DNA of 62,867 bases, the filler included, from Octopus bimaculoides (Eukaryota), in NCBI RefSeq assembly GCF_001194135.2. It is 4 parts of 3 records of this genome, joined end to end, with 100 filler letters (N's around TTAATTAATTAA, not from the genome) between each part and the next. Parts side by side here need not be neighbours in the genome. Positions count along the whole stretch, not along the records: positions 1 to 19,007 come from NC_068982.1; 3 more parts are not named here. One strand, given 5' to 3'. The notes beneath the pieces were generated by a model that did no database searches, was not told the DNA's origin, and was given only the letters and a program-made list of their open reading frames with translations. Made by a program: the position numbers and the translations under genes. Shown here one piece after another: positions 1-13,080 of this stretch. The first letter of the stretch is position 1. Each line of letters begins with the position of its first letter.

Positions 1-1
1 A

Positions 2-34
<33 letters not shown>

Positions 35-2584
35 GGATGAATGAATATTTTTATACGTAGCATAAATATTCAAAAAATTCATTCGAAAACGTTATGTTGC
101 AACTAATACAACTCTGTAGCTAATGGGTCATTATTCTATCTAACACGTATGCCTTTATATTTATTGCCATCGTTATCTGATATTTACACACTTTTACCGA
201 CATATATGACGTTCAATTATTTCTTAAATCAAGCACCGCGTTGAGAAATTTTGTTACATATCCACTTTTTCAATAGTTGTACTTATATTGTTTATTCCGT
301 GGTTTACGTTTATCAACTCGGTCGTTTTTGTGTAATTTTCTGCAGGTATTTTAATCATAAAATTTATAACTGTCCTTGATAAAGCACAGAGTAGGGGGAG
401 AGGAAATTTGAACTGGTACCATTTCAAATATATAGCAAGAAAACTTCTGTTTTCATGGCTTAAAATATATTAAGAGAAGTGTACTGTACTATATGATCTT
501 CATTTATTCCTCAATTTAATACTACTGGAATTATGAATTCCTAATCCATAACTTATTTAGAGATTGTCTCTAATTAATTTCAAGCATGGCCTCACGCATG
601 CAATACCGCCTTTACACTGTCATCGGAATCGATGTATCATTAACAAGGTTCATTAATATGCTAAATCTTTTAGTCCCGAATAAATTACAAATCTTCGTTA
701 AATATGTACAAACCAACTGGACAATATATGTATGCTTGTGTGCACCTGTCAAGCTTTTGTGCTTGTCACCGAAATTTGCTGATATGCAGCCCCAACACTG
801 AGAACTAACTACCTTACGATCTGATTGGGAAGATATGTTAATTGCATAGAGAAACAACAACACTTGGAATGGGCTACGAATTCTATAGAGTTTGTAATTC
901 ATATGACATTCAGATAACGTTAAAATATCATATTTTGATTAACGCATTTCTGGAAGACTTCATATTAGCTATTTTAATAGTAATGAAGATTTAATTGATA
1001 AATACTAGTTCAAAGTCAAATTGTTGTTTCAGATATTTTGATATCTGGAAACTGCACTGTGATTTAGTTATGCGATTGGCAAGCATTCGAATAATGCCTG
1101 TAACTGAAATTGATTATAATTCTTTCGAATTATATGAAGTACTCTCTGTGACAATCTGTTGTAGAATTAGTGGGGGAACTCATAAAAAGAAAAAAATATC
1201 AAGGCGCAGAAACAAATATATGTATCTTATAAAAGCAATACACGTTTCCAATTAGTGGAAACCTTAATCCCATAAGAATCTGTAATCTACTAAATATCTC
1301 ATTATTAAAGTGTCCGATAAAACATACATGCTCTTCTAACACACAGAATGAATTTAAAAGAGATACTGTGCAAATGAGACGAAGAAACAACGACGTCAAG
1401 TCCCCTATACAACAATACATTAACTAGATATTGAGCTGCAGCACTTTGAATCAAGTTAATCCCGTTTGTAGTCAGAAACGAAAGAGAATATTAATTTCTC
1501 AATATTAGGTTGAATAGAAAAGGCTATAATACTCCCCTATTGCTAATCTTTTCAGCACTGCAACCATCAGGTGACACAATACAGGTTCAATTAATCAATT
1601 TATCTGCATTATCAAGTAATAAATTTAGATTGTTTATATTATTTGTATCCTCTGCACTTGCGTATATTTACAGATACGCATGTATCCGTCTTATAAACCC
1701 GATGGCAGCCTCTGTCTCCCAACATTTTTCCGGTCCTTCTCTCGTACTCTCTATATTCACACAAACAGTAATACATACGCGCTTCCATACACACACACAC
1801 ATACATAAATATATAATATCTATATGTGTATATGTAATAAGTTATTAGATAGATAGATAGATACATACATACATACGTACGTACATACATACATACATAC
1901 ATATATATACACATGAACAGAGAGACAGAACCGAAGTGATGACTGGACGCCGAGTTTTCGGTTGTTTTGACGAGAGGCGCTCACATTCACTTATACACAC
2001 GTACACAGAAAGAAAATGAAACAGTGAAAGGTGTGTGCAAGAGAGGAAGAGACAGACAGACAGACAGGCAGACAGACAGACAGACAGAAAGCGAGCGAGA
2101 GAAACGTTGGATGTATTGAAAGTGAACCCGATTAACTCAGGGTGGGTTTTAACTCTCTGGACACCGAACGCATAACATAAACAAGGAAAAAGAAACACGA
2201 TAACAAACTGAAATAGATAGAATAGATATCTTCATTTTTATGACACAAATACAGAGCGAAAGGCCATTATTAATAATAACAGAAATTATTGCAACTCTTC
2301 ATCGAAACTAGAACTCTATTTAATCCTTCATTTGGCAATTATGAGAAACGCTCTTCAAAATGTTATACGTTCATGTTGAATATAATAAAAGCAGACTCTT
2401 AGCATTAACTTCCGCCAAATGGACAAGAGCCGAATTAGCGAGGTCAAATGAGCATGTCAAATTTGCCTCACCCTAACGCTTACACATACTTCCATCTTTT
2501 CATTCCATTCATCCATACGCCCATACTTCCATATATACATACATGAATACACACATATATATATGCATATATACATATACACAC

Positions 2585-2625
<41 letters not shown>

Positions 2626-3061
2626 TTATATATAATATTAGGGAATTTATCCAAAATCACAGGTAAAAATTAAATTAAAACCACATTAAATGTTCATACA
2701 GCACCAGGAGGGAAGACGAAGAGACAAAGTAAACTAGCAAAAAAATTACTGGATAATTCCAGATCCAGGATTTCGTTATTATATATTTATTATAATTATT
2801 GTTCTACTTACGACCTGACGATTAGCTGTATTTTCGAATAGAATTTATTTTCGATAATTTTAATTGATTTTAATCGATTTAAATTTCCTTTCTATTTGAA
2901 AATAGGTTATGAAACACGTGTAGGCATTTTATTATCTTTATCTTATGATATTTACTTCGTTTTATATTATACTCATTTATTGTGCTTTTAATTATTAATT
3001 TTTCTATATGTGATAGTGGATTTTCATCGATGAGTTCTTGAAATTTGGTTATTTTCCCTAA

Positions 3062-3097
<36 letters not shown>

Positions 3098-4459
3098 TAG
3101 AGAAGAACCACCATGGTGCAACTCAAACGATGAAGGAGATCAGACACCATCAAGAAAAGCGTACTATACAAAATACTAGTTTAAAAATCTAAAAAAATCC
3201 AAGAGAAAATTTGTAATCCATAAAATCTATAAAGTATTAGACTAAAAATTTAAATCAGTTTAGTAAATTTATGAAAACGAAACGCGCGTTTCATGGCCAC
3301 ATAAAAGTGGGAAAATCTGGTCAATCTACAATGAATCGATCAAGATAAACATCACTCATAATGAGGACACTCTTCAGGTCATGTAACCTCAAAGAACGTA
3401 ACCTAATATTTAAAATGCGATAAAATAAGGAAAGTAGAAATCTGTACGTTTAAACAAAATTTAGCACAATAAATAAATAAGTGTCAAGTTTTTGAAATAA
3501 TAATCATAATAATAATAAACATCTGTTAAGTTAAAGGCAATGTAAAACAATGCAATCTTCTCTTCAGGGAAATGAAGAAATGAAACTCGTCAATAAGACA
3601 TTTTAGCAGAAAATGATGGATATGTATAGTGATTAACTGAACGCTATTAAATTTGTTTCCAAAAAAACGTTAGAAGATATAACGTCAAAGGTAGCCTATA
3701 GAAAGAGGAGGGGTAAAAGAAAGAAAAAACGCCGAATAAATGAGAGGTATATAACTATATGTATATTAAATAAAACCCTAAAGTCTTGGAAAAATATATA
3801 TATAATGAATGTAAAATGTAAGAAGAAAATTAATGTTTAAATTATATATAATGATAGATATCACTTATATGAACTAAAGGTGTGTTTCTGCCTATAGAGA
3901 GAGGAGGGGCAAAGGAAAGAAAAAAACAAATTAATGAGAAGTGCATAACTATATGTATATTAAATAAAACCATGTAGACTTGGAGTGTTAGTTATATTAA
4001 TTTCATTCAATCTTATTCTATCTTTACAAATGGAGATATGAAATCTAGTTGTAAGGATATAAAAGATATCAATTTTAATTTATACTCCAACACCAAACAG
4101 AGGAAGGGGGATAACCCTTATTTAATCCCCTGTGTCATCGTTTATATTACATTTATACGATAATGACTACAAGATCTAATCTTTCTCGTTACACATTCCG
4201 TACATTCTTTACATGTCCACTGGCAGCCGAAATCAGTTTTACTGTCATAATTCTTACATATACGTCATGTTTTGCAGATAGCGTCCCTTTCAGTCAGTCT
4301 GTCAGCGGCCTATTCAGTATTATAAAGAGTGCATCGAGTATCAGGGAAGAACATGAAACTCGGAATCCGCCTTTCTTATTTCGTCTGTAACTCACGTTTC
4401 TGCGATCAGTATCCACAACGATAAACGATGATAAATGGTAAATACGATTCGAAAAGAGG

Positions 4460-4564
<105 letters not shown>

Positions 4565-5586
4565 TAAACATACAGATATAGATACATATGTGTGGGTGTC
4601 TGCGTATCTGTATGTGTCAGGGCGTGTGTGTGTGGCTCTCTGTGTGTGTTCTTTTATGTCCAGTTCTAGTAAATCAATTTTACAGTAATTGGTTTGGTTA
4701 CTTTATACTTTTGTAGAATTAGACGAGGCTTAGTTACGCATTTTAACCGGAAATATTTCTGTGACTTTTTAACTTCATACCATATATATGTTGTCATGTT
4801 TGATCTTGCACCATTGAAACTCACGCTTTACATATATAAATGTGCACGATTGCTTTTTTATGGTGCATGATTCTCTTGTTTGTACAGCCAAACCTGGCAA
4901 CATACTTAGATACACACAGAGAAACATTGCGTTTGATGGATACATAGGCACATAGTCAGAGTGGTAGATAATTAAATATGAATTTGCTTCGTAATTATAA
5001 AAAGTGAGAAAACTCAGTCAAATCAGAGGTTTCAGTATTATAGACACATCAACACGGGGATACGCTAACAAAGAGATAAATATTCACAAATCAGGATACA
5101 AAAGTACAAAATGCTGTACTATATAAGAAAAGAGACATACCAGTTAAATTTCAGTAAAAAGTCTTTAAACAAAAGAAGCCTTTTTTCTAAAGGTAAGAGA
5201 AAGAAAGTAGTTTCGAGATTGTAAGGAACATAGACGGTTGTACTGATAATGGCGCGATATGATTTAATGTTGATATCTCACAGCAAGATTAATGCTCAAA
5301 GTGATTATAATGTCATTTTGAGTTGTTATAGTCCCAAGTAAGACATTATAATCACAAGCATCTTATGCTCAAGGGATCAAAACCTGGAAGAATACAATAT
5401 AAATAACGCAAAATAATAATTCGTGCTGTTTATTTGAAAAAACTAGTTCAATAGGTTTTGTATCAAAATGCTTTGATAACGTAGAGTGCTGGATTTTGTA
5501 GAGCGGATATAGTAGTTGTAGTAGTTTCTTGGTGAACATACATAAAATTGATGAAGGTTAACACATTGATATAAAACAAAGGCAAG

Positions 5587-5681
<95 letters not shown>

Positions 5682-5688
5682 TATATAA

Positions 5689-5735
<47 letters not shown>

Positions 5736-6822
5736 GATAGATAGATGGATGGATGGATGGATGGATATAGATAACGTAAGATTTATTCGTGATCAGCGTT
5801 GTTCGAAGACCGAGGTTCTACTGTATGTATGTGCGCGCACGCGCGTGTGTATCTGACGGTGAATTATAATCTTATGACAAGCTATGTCATAAGCGGCTTT
5901 TAACTGCTAATTTTTCCAGAATTACTTTACATTTCGTGATAATGCACTTTTAATGGGTATGAATATAAATTAATCTTCTTGCACATACGCATATGTGAGA
6001 TCTATTTTAGATGCCGATACTTACTCCAAATGATAATATCCATCTACAAACAAATTAATAAGGTGCTAACTGCCGACTTGGGAATAAATATGCTCATTAA
6101 GGTGACCAGAGGAACGTCATGCTTGCAGCAAGGAAGAAGGATATGTAAATGGCTTGCCAAAGTTCTTTATCTACATTCCTGTTAATCTGAATGAATTAGT
6201 TTCATCGATGATGTATGTGATGAAATGAAAATGAATACTATGCACATGGCTAAGCAGTTTCTGAATTTATTGGAAATTTTATGCAATAATTTCCATTAGT
6301 CGCGGCTTAGTTTTTTTATTGATTCCACCCCCACCCCCACCCCAGTTGCACCTGGAGAGTCTATCTTAACAACTAGTTGAAAAATAATAAAAATGGACAT
6401 CAATTCTATAAGCAAATATTTTCCACATAGCTCTCAAATGGATGAATTCTCTTTGGAATTATATGAGGTTCCCTAGTGTCTTCAAATTAACTATTTCACG
6501 AAGAAATATCTAGTGTCATTCGAAAGACTGAGTTTTAAAAAACTAACACTACATATCTTTTTCTCGCAAATACACACTGCACACGTCAGCATATTAATTC
6601 TTAGGCTGTGACAGTCATATCACTGATAGCAAACTCATAAATGAAATGATACACTTCTTGAGTATAATCTCAACTTGCGAATTTAGGAATGTGCAACACA
6701 CTCCCCTCACATTTTCATCCACTAACAATTCTTACGTATTCCGCATGTTAAAAAGATCAATATTTGATGTACTTCCTCTTAATTATGACGTTGTATTAAA
6801 ACTAAGTTAAAAGCCGAGATAA

Positions 6823-7210
6823 TTACCTCCGCCAAGGAAGGAGGTTATGTTTTCACCGGCGTTGGATTGTCCGTCTGTCCCACTCTGTGTGCAAAATAAC
6901 TCAAAACGTTGTGAACGGTATTTGATGAAACTTGCAGGAAAAGTTGATAATGACACAAGGAGTAGATGATGAAATTTTAGTAGTGATCCGGGAATTTTTA
7001 TGGATTTTTGAAGGATTTCTCCTTTGTTATATTTACTTTACATGAAGTATTGCAATGATATATTCTTTAATTATCTTACTTCAAAACACGTTCATCGTTT
7101 CCATATAACCTATGGTGGCGTTGCTGTTTCTAAAGTTTATTTTCATTTCCCTATTAATACTTTTACTCGCGTATCTGTCTTAAAATGAGCTGCTTGGCGG
7201 AGGTCTGCAG
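6823..7210 (+). mobile_element. Non-autonomous DNA element with subterminal inverted repeats (Helentron/HINE-like)
   Basis: 12-bp inverted repeat ACCTCCGCCAAG (6825-6836) / CTTGGCGGAGGT (7193-7204). The 5' motif ggaggttatgttttc recurs near 8050. Family assignment from recall. Confidence 0.55.
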
Positions 7211-7213
7211 AAG

Positions 7214-7610
7214 ATGACATGACAAGCCTTGACTATTGGGATCAGCTCAGAAAGCTCAGGCTTTGCTCCCTCCACCGCCACTGTGAGCTCTTTATCTTCT
7301 GTATGATGTAGAAAATATTCCATCAACATTGCCCATCTTTAAAATTCGTCCGAGGCTTGGCCCCTGTGCCATCCGTCCACTACAGAAATGTTTGTGTCGT
7401 ATCACAACAGTATGACAGAACTATTTTACCTCAGTTGGCCCTGCTCTCTCAACACCGTGCCAGGCACGCATAAAGGGAGAAAGTGACTTCACGGCAATCA
7501 AACGATCCTTAGATTATTACCTGCCAAAAATGCCAGATAAACCACCCACACCCAGATATGTCTCTGAAAACAATAACCCTCCGCTTGAATGGGCTACGGT
7601 TCCCTAGAGC
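7214..7610 (+). mobile_element. 3' end of a CR1/L2-group LINE (decayed)
   Basis: Translates to MTSLDYWDQLRKLRLCSLHRHCE... and ...IKRSLDYYLPKMPDKP, resembling the Y.ERL..L.L.SL..RR and FK..LD..L...PD.P C-terminal motifs. Confidence 0.65.
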
Positions 7611-10080
7611 TGTGTATCTCTTCCATGTGGTGCTATCAAATTAGACATGGCCTGAGTCAAATTTGGTTGAAACTTATCTAAGTAATCTAATCTATGCATG
7701 ACAACGTGGGTAGAGGCTGATATCTTAACATTTCTGATGGTCTTAAGTTTATAAAAAAAATTAAAGATTTATATAGAACTACATTCAGAGTATGTCTATA
7801 AGCTATTGTGTTTAGAGCTGGTTTCTATCCTCAAACTGTTCCGTTTTGTAGATGCAATTTTTTTTTTATTTTAATAAAGCACTCCGAAATTCGAAAAATC
7901 AAAAATCTGCCACAATCTCGGTCCCTTGAGTATCGGATAATGGATTTTGAACTGTGTAAAGAAACCGGTTGTGGTGATCGTAGTTTTGATGGTGGTTGTG
8001 GCGAAAGCAGAGACGGTGTTGATGATGACGATGGTCAAGATAAGTATGGGAGGAGGTTATGTTTTATGGCGGCGTTGGTTTGGGAATTTTTCTTCATGAT
8101 ATTCTGCATAATTCACCTTTCATCAGGGTTAAAAAGTGATGTTGAAGCAAATGGTTAAAATCGTCTTAAAACCATGTAAACGAAAGTTTTTATTTTGCAA
8201 CCATTTGTAAATGACACTCATGAGGATAATTGTCCCTCTTCGTTCATTTCACTTCTGATGCTTATCAATTCTCTCAAACTTCACTGAAAAACAACTGCCA
8301 TTCGATTATTTTATGCGTGCATTGATAACTACTGTCCCTCTTTATATCTGCATGGTATTTTCATTATTATTGACTTCAAGATTGCATTGTTTTCGCCAGT
8401 TATTAACTTTACCTACTTGGATTCCAAACTGATATACAATTGAAACTGCGTTTGTTCGTATAACTTCACCTGTTTCTCTTATACCTTTCACTGTTAATGT
8501 TATTATCATCTATCAGTGTTCTGGGATTTCATTAATCTTTTGCGTATAATTTTTGTTTGGATTCTTGCGACAGATAACGTCTGTTGTATTTCGGTTTTTC
8601 ATGCGAAATACAATGACTAACGCTCATACTAAATGTTATTTAACTGAGTCAGACTGTAACTGCTAAATATGTTATTTATATTCTCCAATTTTTATTCCTT
8701 CCTCTATCAAATAAGCAAATGACACAAGCTTCACACTTATTATATATGTTACATAAAAAAAAAATGCCTGCAATGTTTGAAGGTAATATCCTGCTTTAAT
8801 CGAATAAGTGGCATTAAACTATCGTAATGGCTACAGGATGAATATCAGAGTAGAAAGACATTATTTGATGAATGATATATCCTGTCCCACTTAGCAACTG
8901 AGTTTTGAGATCTCTTCCCAATAAGACTTTGAGAACATTTACACAACTTTTTATACTTACAAATCGTTATACGCAAAACGTTCTCCTTCTGACGTTAAGT
9001 AATTTAATCACATTAGTAACTGAGTGGAACACCCTAAAAAACATTATTCATTTTTAAGTCAGCTTACTGACCTCATTGCATATCCAGTCATATATATTCA
9101 GCACACCAATTTAATGGCTAGATGGTGGGAATTCAATTAAACTTAAACGCTGTTATCTTTTAGTCTTTCCAGACGTTTCTAAGAAACTCGCCTTTGTTGC
9201 ATTTCGAATTCTGCTCATTTTTCCAAGCTCCACCAACTCACATCCAACTGTTTGTAATTACATAATGAATGCTCTCTTTTTCCACGTATTTCTTCAATTT
9301 TCTCTCAGGAAAACATTTTACTTCTCAACCTATAGACTTTCATGTTAAAAAGCCTATGCATTGTTTCATAATACTTTAATCAACTTTTCTTGTCAGATTT
9401 TTCGATTTAAGCGTGTGTCACCGAGGCAATTTCGACCTACAATAATTAACTTGTTTCAAATCAAAGGATTTCTTTTCACGAAACTCTTTGCTAGTCCAAA
9501 TATTCACTAACAGCTTCCTCAGCGCCATATGTTTTAACCAAAGAATGGAAACACCGAGAGATATATTTTGCAAGTATCGGTGTACTATGCCAATAAAGTA
9601 ATCGTTGAAAATGTAAAGAACGCTATTTGCATGCACAACTCCAAATATATTCGCATATAACTTACTCACCTTTTTACACCTTAAAATGAAATATTTACAA
9701 AGACGCTTTATTCGGAAAGATAAGCAACAGATTTGAGCTCATATTACATCTCTCGCTTTAGATCATGAAAGAAATGCGTGAAAAGGGAATAATAGCAAGA
9801 AGATATACCGAAGAGTATTGGTTGAATTTTTTTATAATAATTCCACTACTTCTAGTTTGACTGGATATTGCATTAGAAATTTCAGCATCTTTAGAATGTG
9901 TAGCCACCAAACGGCCTTTTATCTCTCATCGTACCTACATATCTCCATCTTAACAGAAACATAGTACTTGGACTTCGTAGTTTTGGAGTAGCAGTGATGA
10001 CAATATTCAACAAAGCTTTGTCCACACTCATTTGTAGAGAGACAATAAATCTTATATAAAGAAATTATTTTATATATTCT

Positions 10081-10285
10081 TTTACTCTTTTACTTGTTTC
10101 AGTCATTTGACTGCGGCCATGCTGGAGCACCGCTTTCAGTCGAGCAAATCGACACCAGGAATTATTCTTTGTAAGCCTGGTACTTATACTCTCGGTCTCT
10201 TTTGCCGAACCGCTATGTTACGGGAACGTAAACACACTACCATTTGTTGTCAAGCGATGTTGGGGGGACAAACATACACACACAC
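10081..10285 (-). mobile_element. tRNA-derived SINE family A, 3' half
   Basis: Reverse complement aligns with the plus-strand copy at 61860-62060 (...gtgctccagcatggccgcagtcaaatgactgaaacaagtaaaaga). Confidence 0.8.
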
Positions 10286-10330
10286 AAACATATACACACA
10301 CATACATATATATATATATGTATATATATA

Positions 10331-10614
10331 TAGTTATCGCCAAGCCAACATGGCAGTCCCAAAATTAGGACGAAAGCTGCCGTGAATTAGCTCCAAGAAG
10401 CCATCGCCTCTAGCTAGCTATGTGACACACGAAACCTGTGTCCTTTATAACCTTCGAACAGGGGAGGTCAGCAGTGTCCCCCTGCTGGTTTGGCATCTAT
10501 TTCTGAAAACCAGTGGATAGATTCCACTGAAATTAGATAAATAACCTTCGAGCAGATAATCAGCAGCGCCGCCTGGCTAAGGCTTGGCTGCTCTGCATTG
10601 ACAAGGGGCAACAC
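10331..10614 (+). mobile_element. Structured insert (possible 5' UTR of a non-LTR retroelement) inside the SINE microsatellite, running into an N gap
   Basis: GC-richer segment starting right after (TA)n; at least six stems (see findings); no ORF. Confidence 0.45.
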
Positions 10615-11340
10615 NNNNNNNNNNNNNNNNNNNNNNNNNNNNNNNNNNNNNNNNNNNNNNNNNNNNNNNNNNNNNNNNNNNNNNNNNNNNNNNNNNNNNN
10701 NNNNNNNNNNNNNNNNNNNNNNNNNNNNNNNNNNNNNNNNNNNNNNNNNNNNNNNNNNNNNNNNNNNNNNNNNNNNNNNNNNNNNNNNNNNNNNNNNNNN
10801 NNNNNNNNNNNNNNNNNNNNNNNNNNNNNNNNNNNNNNNNNNNNNNNNNNNNNNNNNNNNNNNNNNNNNNNNNNNNNNNNNNNNNNNNNNNNNNNNNNNN
10901 NNNNNNNNNNNNNNNNNNNNNNNNNNNNNNNNNNNNNNNNNNNNNNNNNNNNNNNNNNNNNNNNNNNNNNNNNNNNNNNNNNNNNNNNNNNNNNNNNNNN
11001 NNNNNNNNNNNNNNNNNNNNNNNNNNNNNNNNNNNNNNNNNNNNNNNNNNNNNNNNNNNNNNNNNNNNNNNNNNNNNNNNNNNNNNNNNNNNNNNNNNNN
11101 NNNNNNNNNNNNNNNNNNNNNNNNNNNNNNNNNNNNNNNNNNNNNNNNNNNNNNNNNNNNNNNNNNNNNNNNNNNNNNNNNNNNNNNNNNNNNNNNNNNN
11201 NNNNNNNNNNNNNNNNNNNNNNNNNNNNNNNNNNNNNNNNNNNNNNNNNNNNNNNNNNNNNNNNNNNNNNNNNNNNNNNNNNNNNNNNNNNNNNNNNNNN
11301 NNNNNNNNNNNNNNNNNNNNNNNNNNNNNNNNNNNNNNNN

Positions 11341-11372
<32 letters not shown>

Positions 11373-11376
<4 letters not shown>

Positions 11377-11539
11377 ACGGGCTTCTTTCAGTTTCCGTCT
11401 ACCAAATCCACTCACAAGGCTTTGGTCGGCCCGAGATTATAGCAGAAGACACTTGCCCAAGGTGCCCCGCAGTGGGAATGAACCCGGAACCATGCGGTTG
11501 GCAAGCAAACTACTTACCACACAGCCATTCCCGCGCCTA
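11373..11539 (-). mobile_element. tRNA-derived SINE family A, 5' head
   Basis: Minus strand reads aggcgcgggaatggctgtgtggtaagtagtttgc...ggttccgggttcattcccactgcggggcaccttgggcaagtgtc (box A/B-like), followed by (TA)n; likely the same copy as 10081-10285. Confidence 0.75.
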
Positions 11540-12039
11540 TAGAAATATTTATTCTTCACACTGCTCTCACAATGTCAGAATGATATACATTTCACTATAC
11601 TATAAAAACAATTACATTGACAAATTGTCTCCTTCTCCTCAGCCTTCTCTATTACTTACAACCATTGTTTACCCTCATCTCTGGTCTCGTAGAGATCTCG
11701 CTCTGTGACTTGCAACACCTGAATAAACTGCCAGACATGTTGTTACATTCTTTTTAGATGACAAGCAAGAGTTGATAATTGGTATCAATTTGCCTAAGGA
11801 ACAATTTTTTTATCATCATTAAAAAATATAGACGGGGTTTTGACAAAATATGAATTTCATTGCATGTTTGTATTCCGTTCACTATGCCATTAGATTTGCA
11901 AGTTTCAGCTATTACATGGAATACCTGTCGTTGTAGTTGGAGTGTAAGTCCACCAGTGAGCCAGAAGTACACGTGGCTGTAAACTTATGTTTTATAAAAG
12001 AAAAAATAATCACCTATGGTGGTATGTGTAGTTATGCGT

Positions 12040-12210
12040 TGTGCAGCTGTGTTGTTATCCTTGTCATGGAGACAATGCTGGCCTTCTGAAGCTTTGGTCG
12101 AACCGGGGATATAGTGCAGAGAATTGCACCAAATACCATGTGTGAGAAATGAGCCCACAATCATGAGATGGGGAAGCAACCTTCTTACCATGGAGGTACG
12201 CCAGTACCTC
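12040..12210 (-). mobile_element. Degenerate SINE head related to family A
   Basis: Minus strand ...catggtaagaaggttgcttccc...gggctcatttctcacacatggtatttggtgc parallels the family A head. Confidence 0.4.
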
Positions 12211-13009
12211 CATGCATATAGGGATAATTATATGCATAGATATGTAAGTGTAAGTTTACGTGTATGTATGTTTATATATATATANNNNNNNNNNNNNNNN
12301 NNNNNNNNNNNNNNNNNNNNNNNNNNNNNNNNNNNNNNNNNNNNNNNNNNNNNNNNNNNNNNNNNNNNNNNNNNNNNNNNNNNNNNNNNNNNNNNNNNNN
12401 NNNNNNNNNNNNNNNNNNNNNNNNNNNNNNNNNNNNNNNNNNNNNNNNNNNNNNNNNNNNNNNNNNNNNNNNNNNNNNNNNNNNNNNNNNNNNNNNNNNN
12501 NNNNNNNNNNNNNNNNNNNNNNNNNNNNNNNNNNNNNNNNNNNNNNNNNNNNNNNNNNNNNNNNNNNNNNNNNNNNNNNNNNNNNNNNNNNNNNNNNNNN
12601 NNNNNNNNNNNNNNNNNNNNNNNNNNNNNNNNNNNNNNNNNNNNNNNNNNNNNNNNNNNNNNNNNNNNNNNNNNNNNNNNNNNNNNNNNNNNNNNNNNNN
12701 NNNNNNNNNNNNNNNNNNNNNNNNNNNNNNNNNNNNNNNNNNNNNNNNNNNNNNNNNNNNNNNNNNNNNNNNNNNNNNNNNNNNNNNNNNNNNNNNNNNN
12801 NNNNNNNNNNNNNNNNNNNNNNNNNNNNNNNNNNNNNNNNNNNNNNNNNNNNNNNNNNNNNNNNNNNNNNNNNNNNNNNNNNNNNNNNNNNNNNNNNNNN
12901 NNNNNNNNNNNNNNNNNNNNNNNNNNNNNNNNNNNNNNNNNNNNNNNNNNNNNNNNNNNNNNNNNNNNNNNNNNNNNNNNNNNNNNNNNNNNNNNNNNNN
13001 NNNNNNNNN

Positions 13010-13080
<71 letters not shown>

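Noticed and set aside
2760-3065. Minus-strand K/I/N-rich frame reminiscent of a Penelope N-terminus
   Set aside because: Too degenerate and AT-biased to support without alignment.
3279-3292. Perfect 14-bp palindrome GAAACGCGCGTTTC resembling a PLE hammerhead GAAA/stem III end
   Set aside because: No CUGANGA or stem II upstream; at most a remnant.
10349-10384. gtcc-loop-ggac-GAAA resembling hammerhead stem II
   Set aside because: No CUGANGA and no stem I, so not called a hammerhead; kept only as part of the structured-insert finding.
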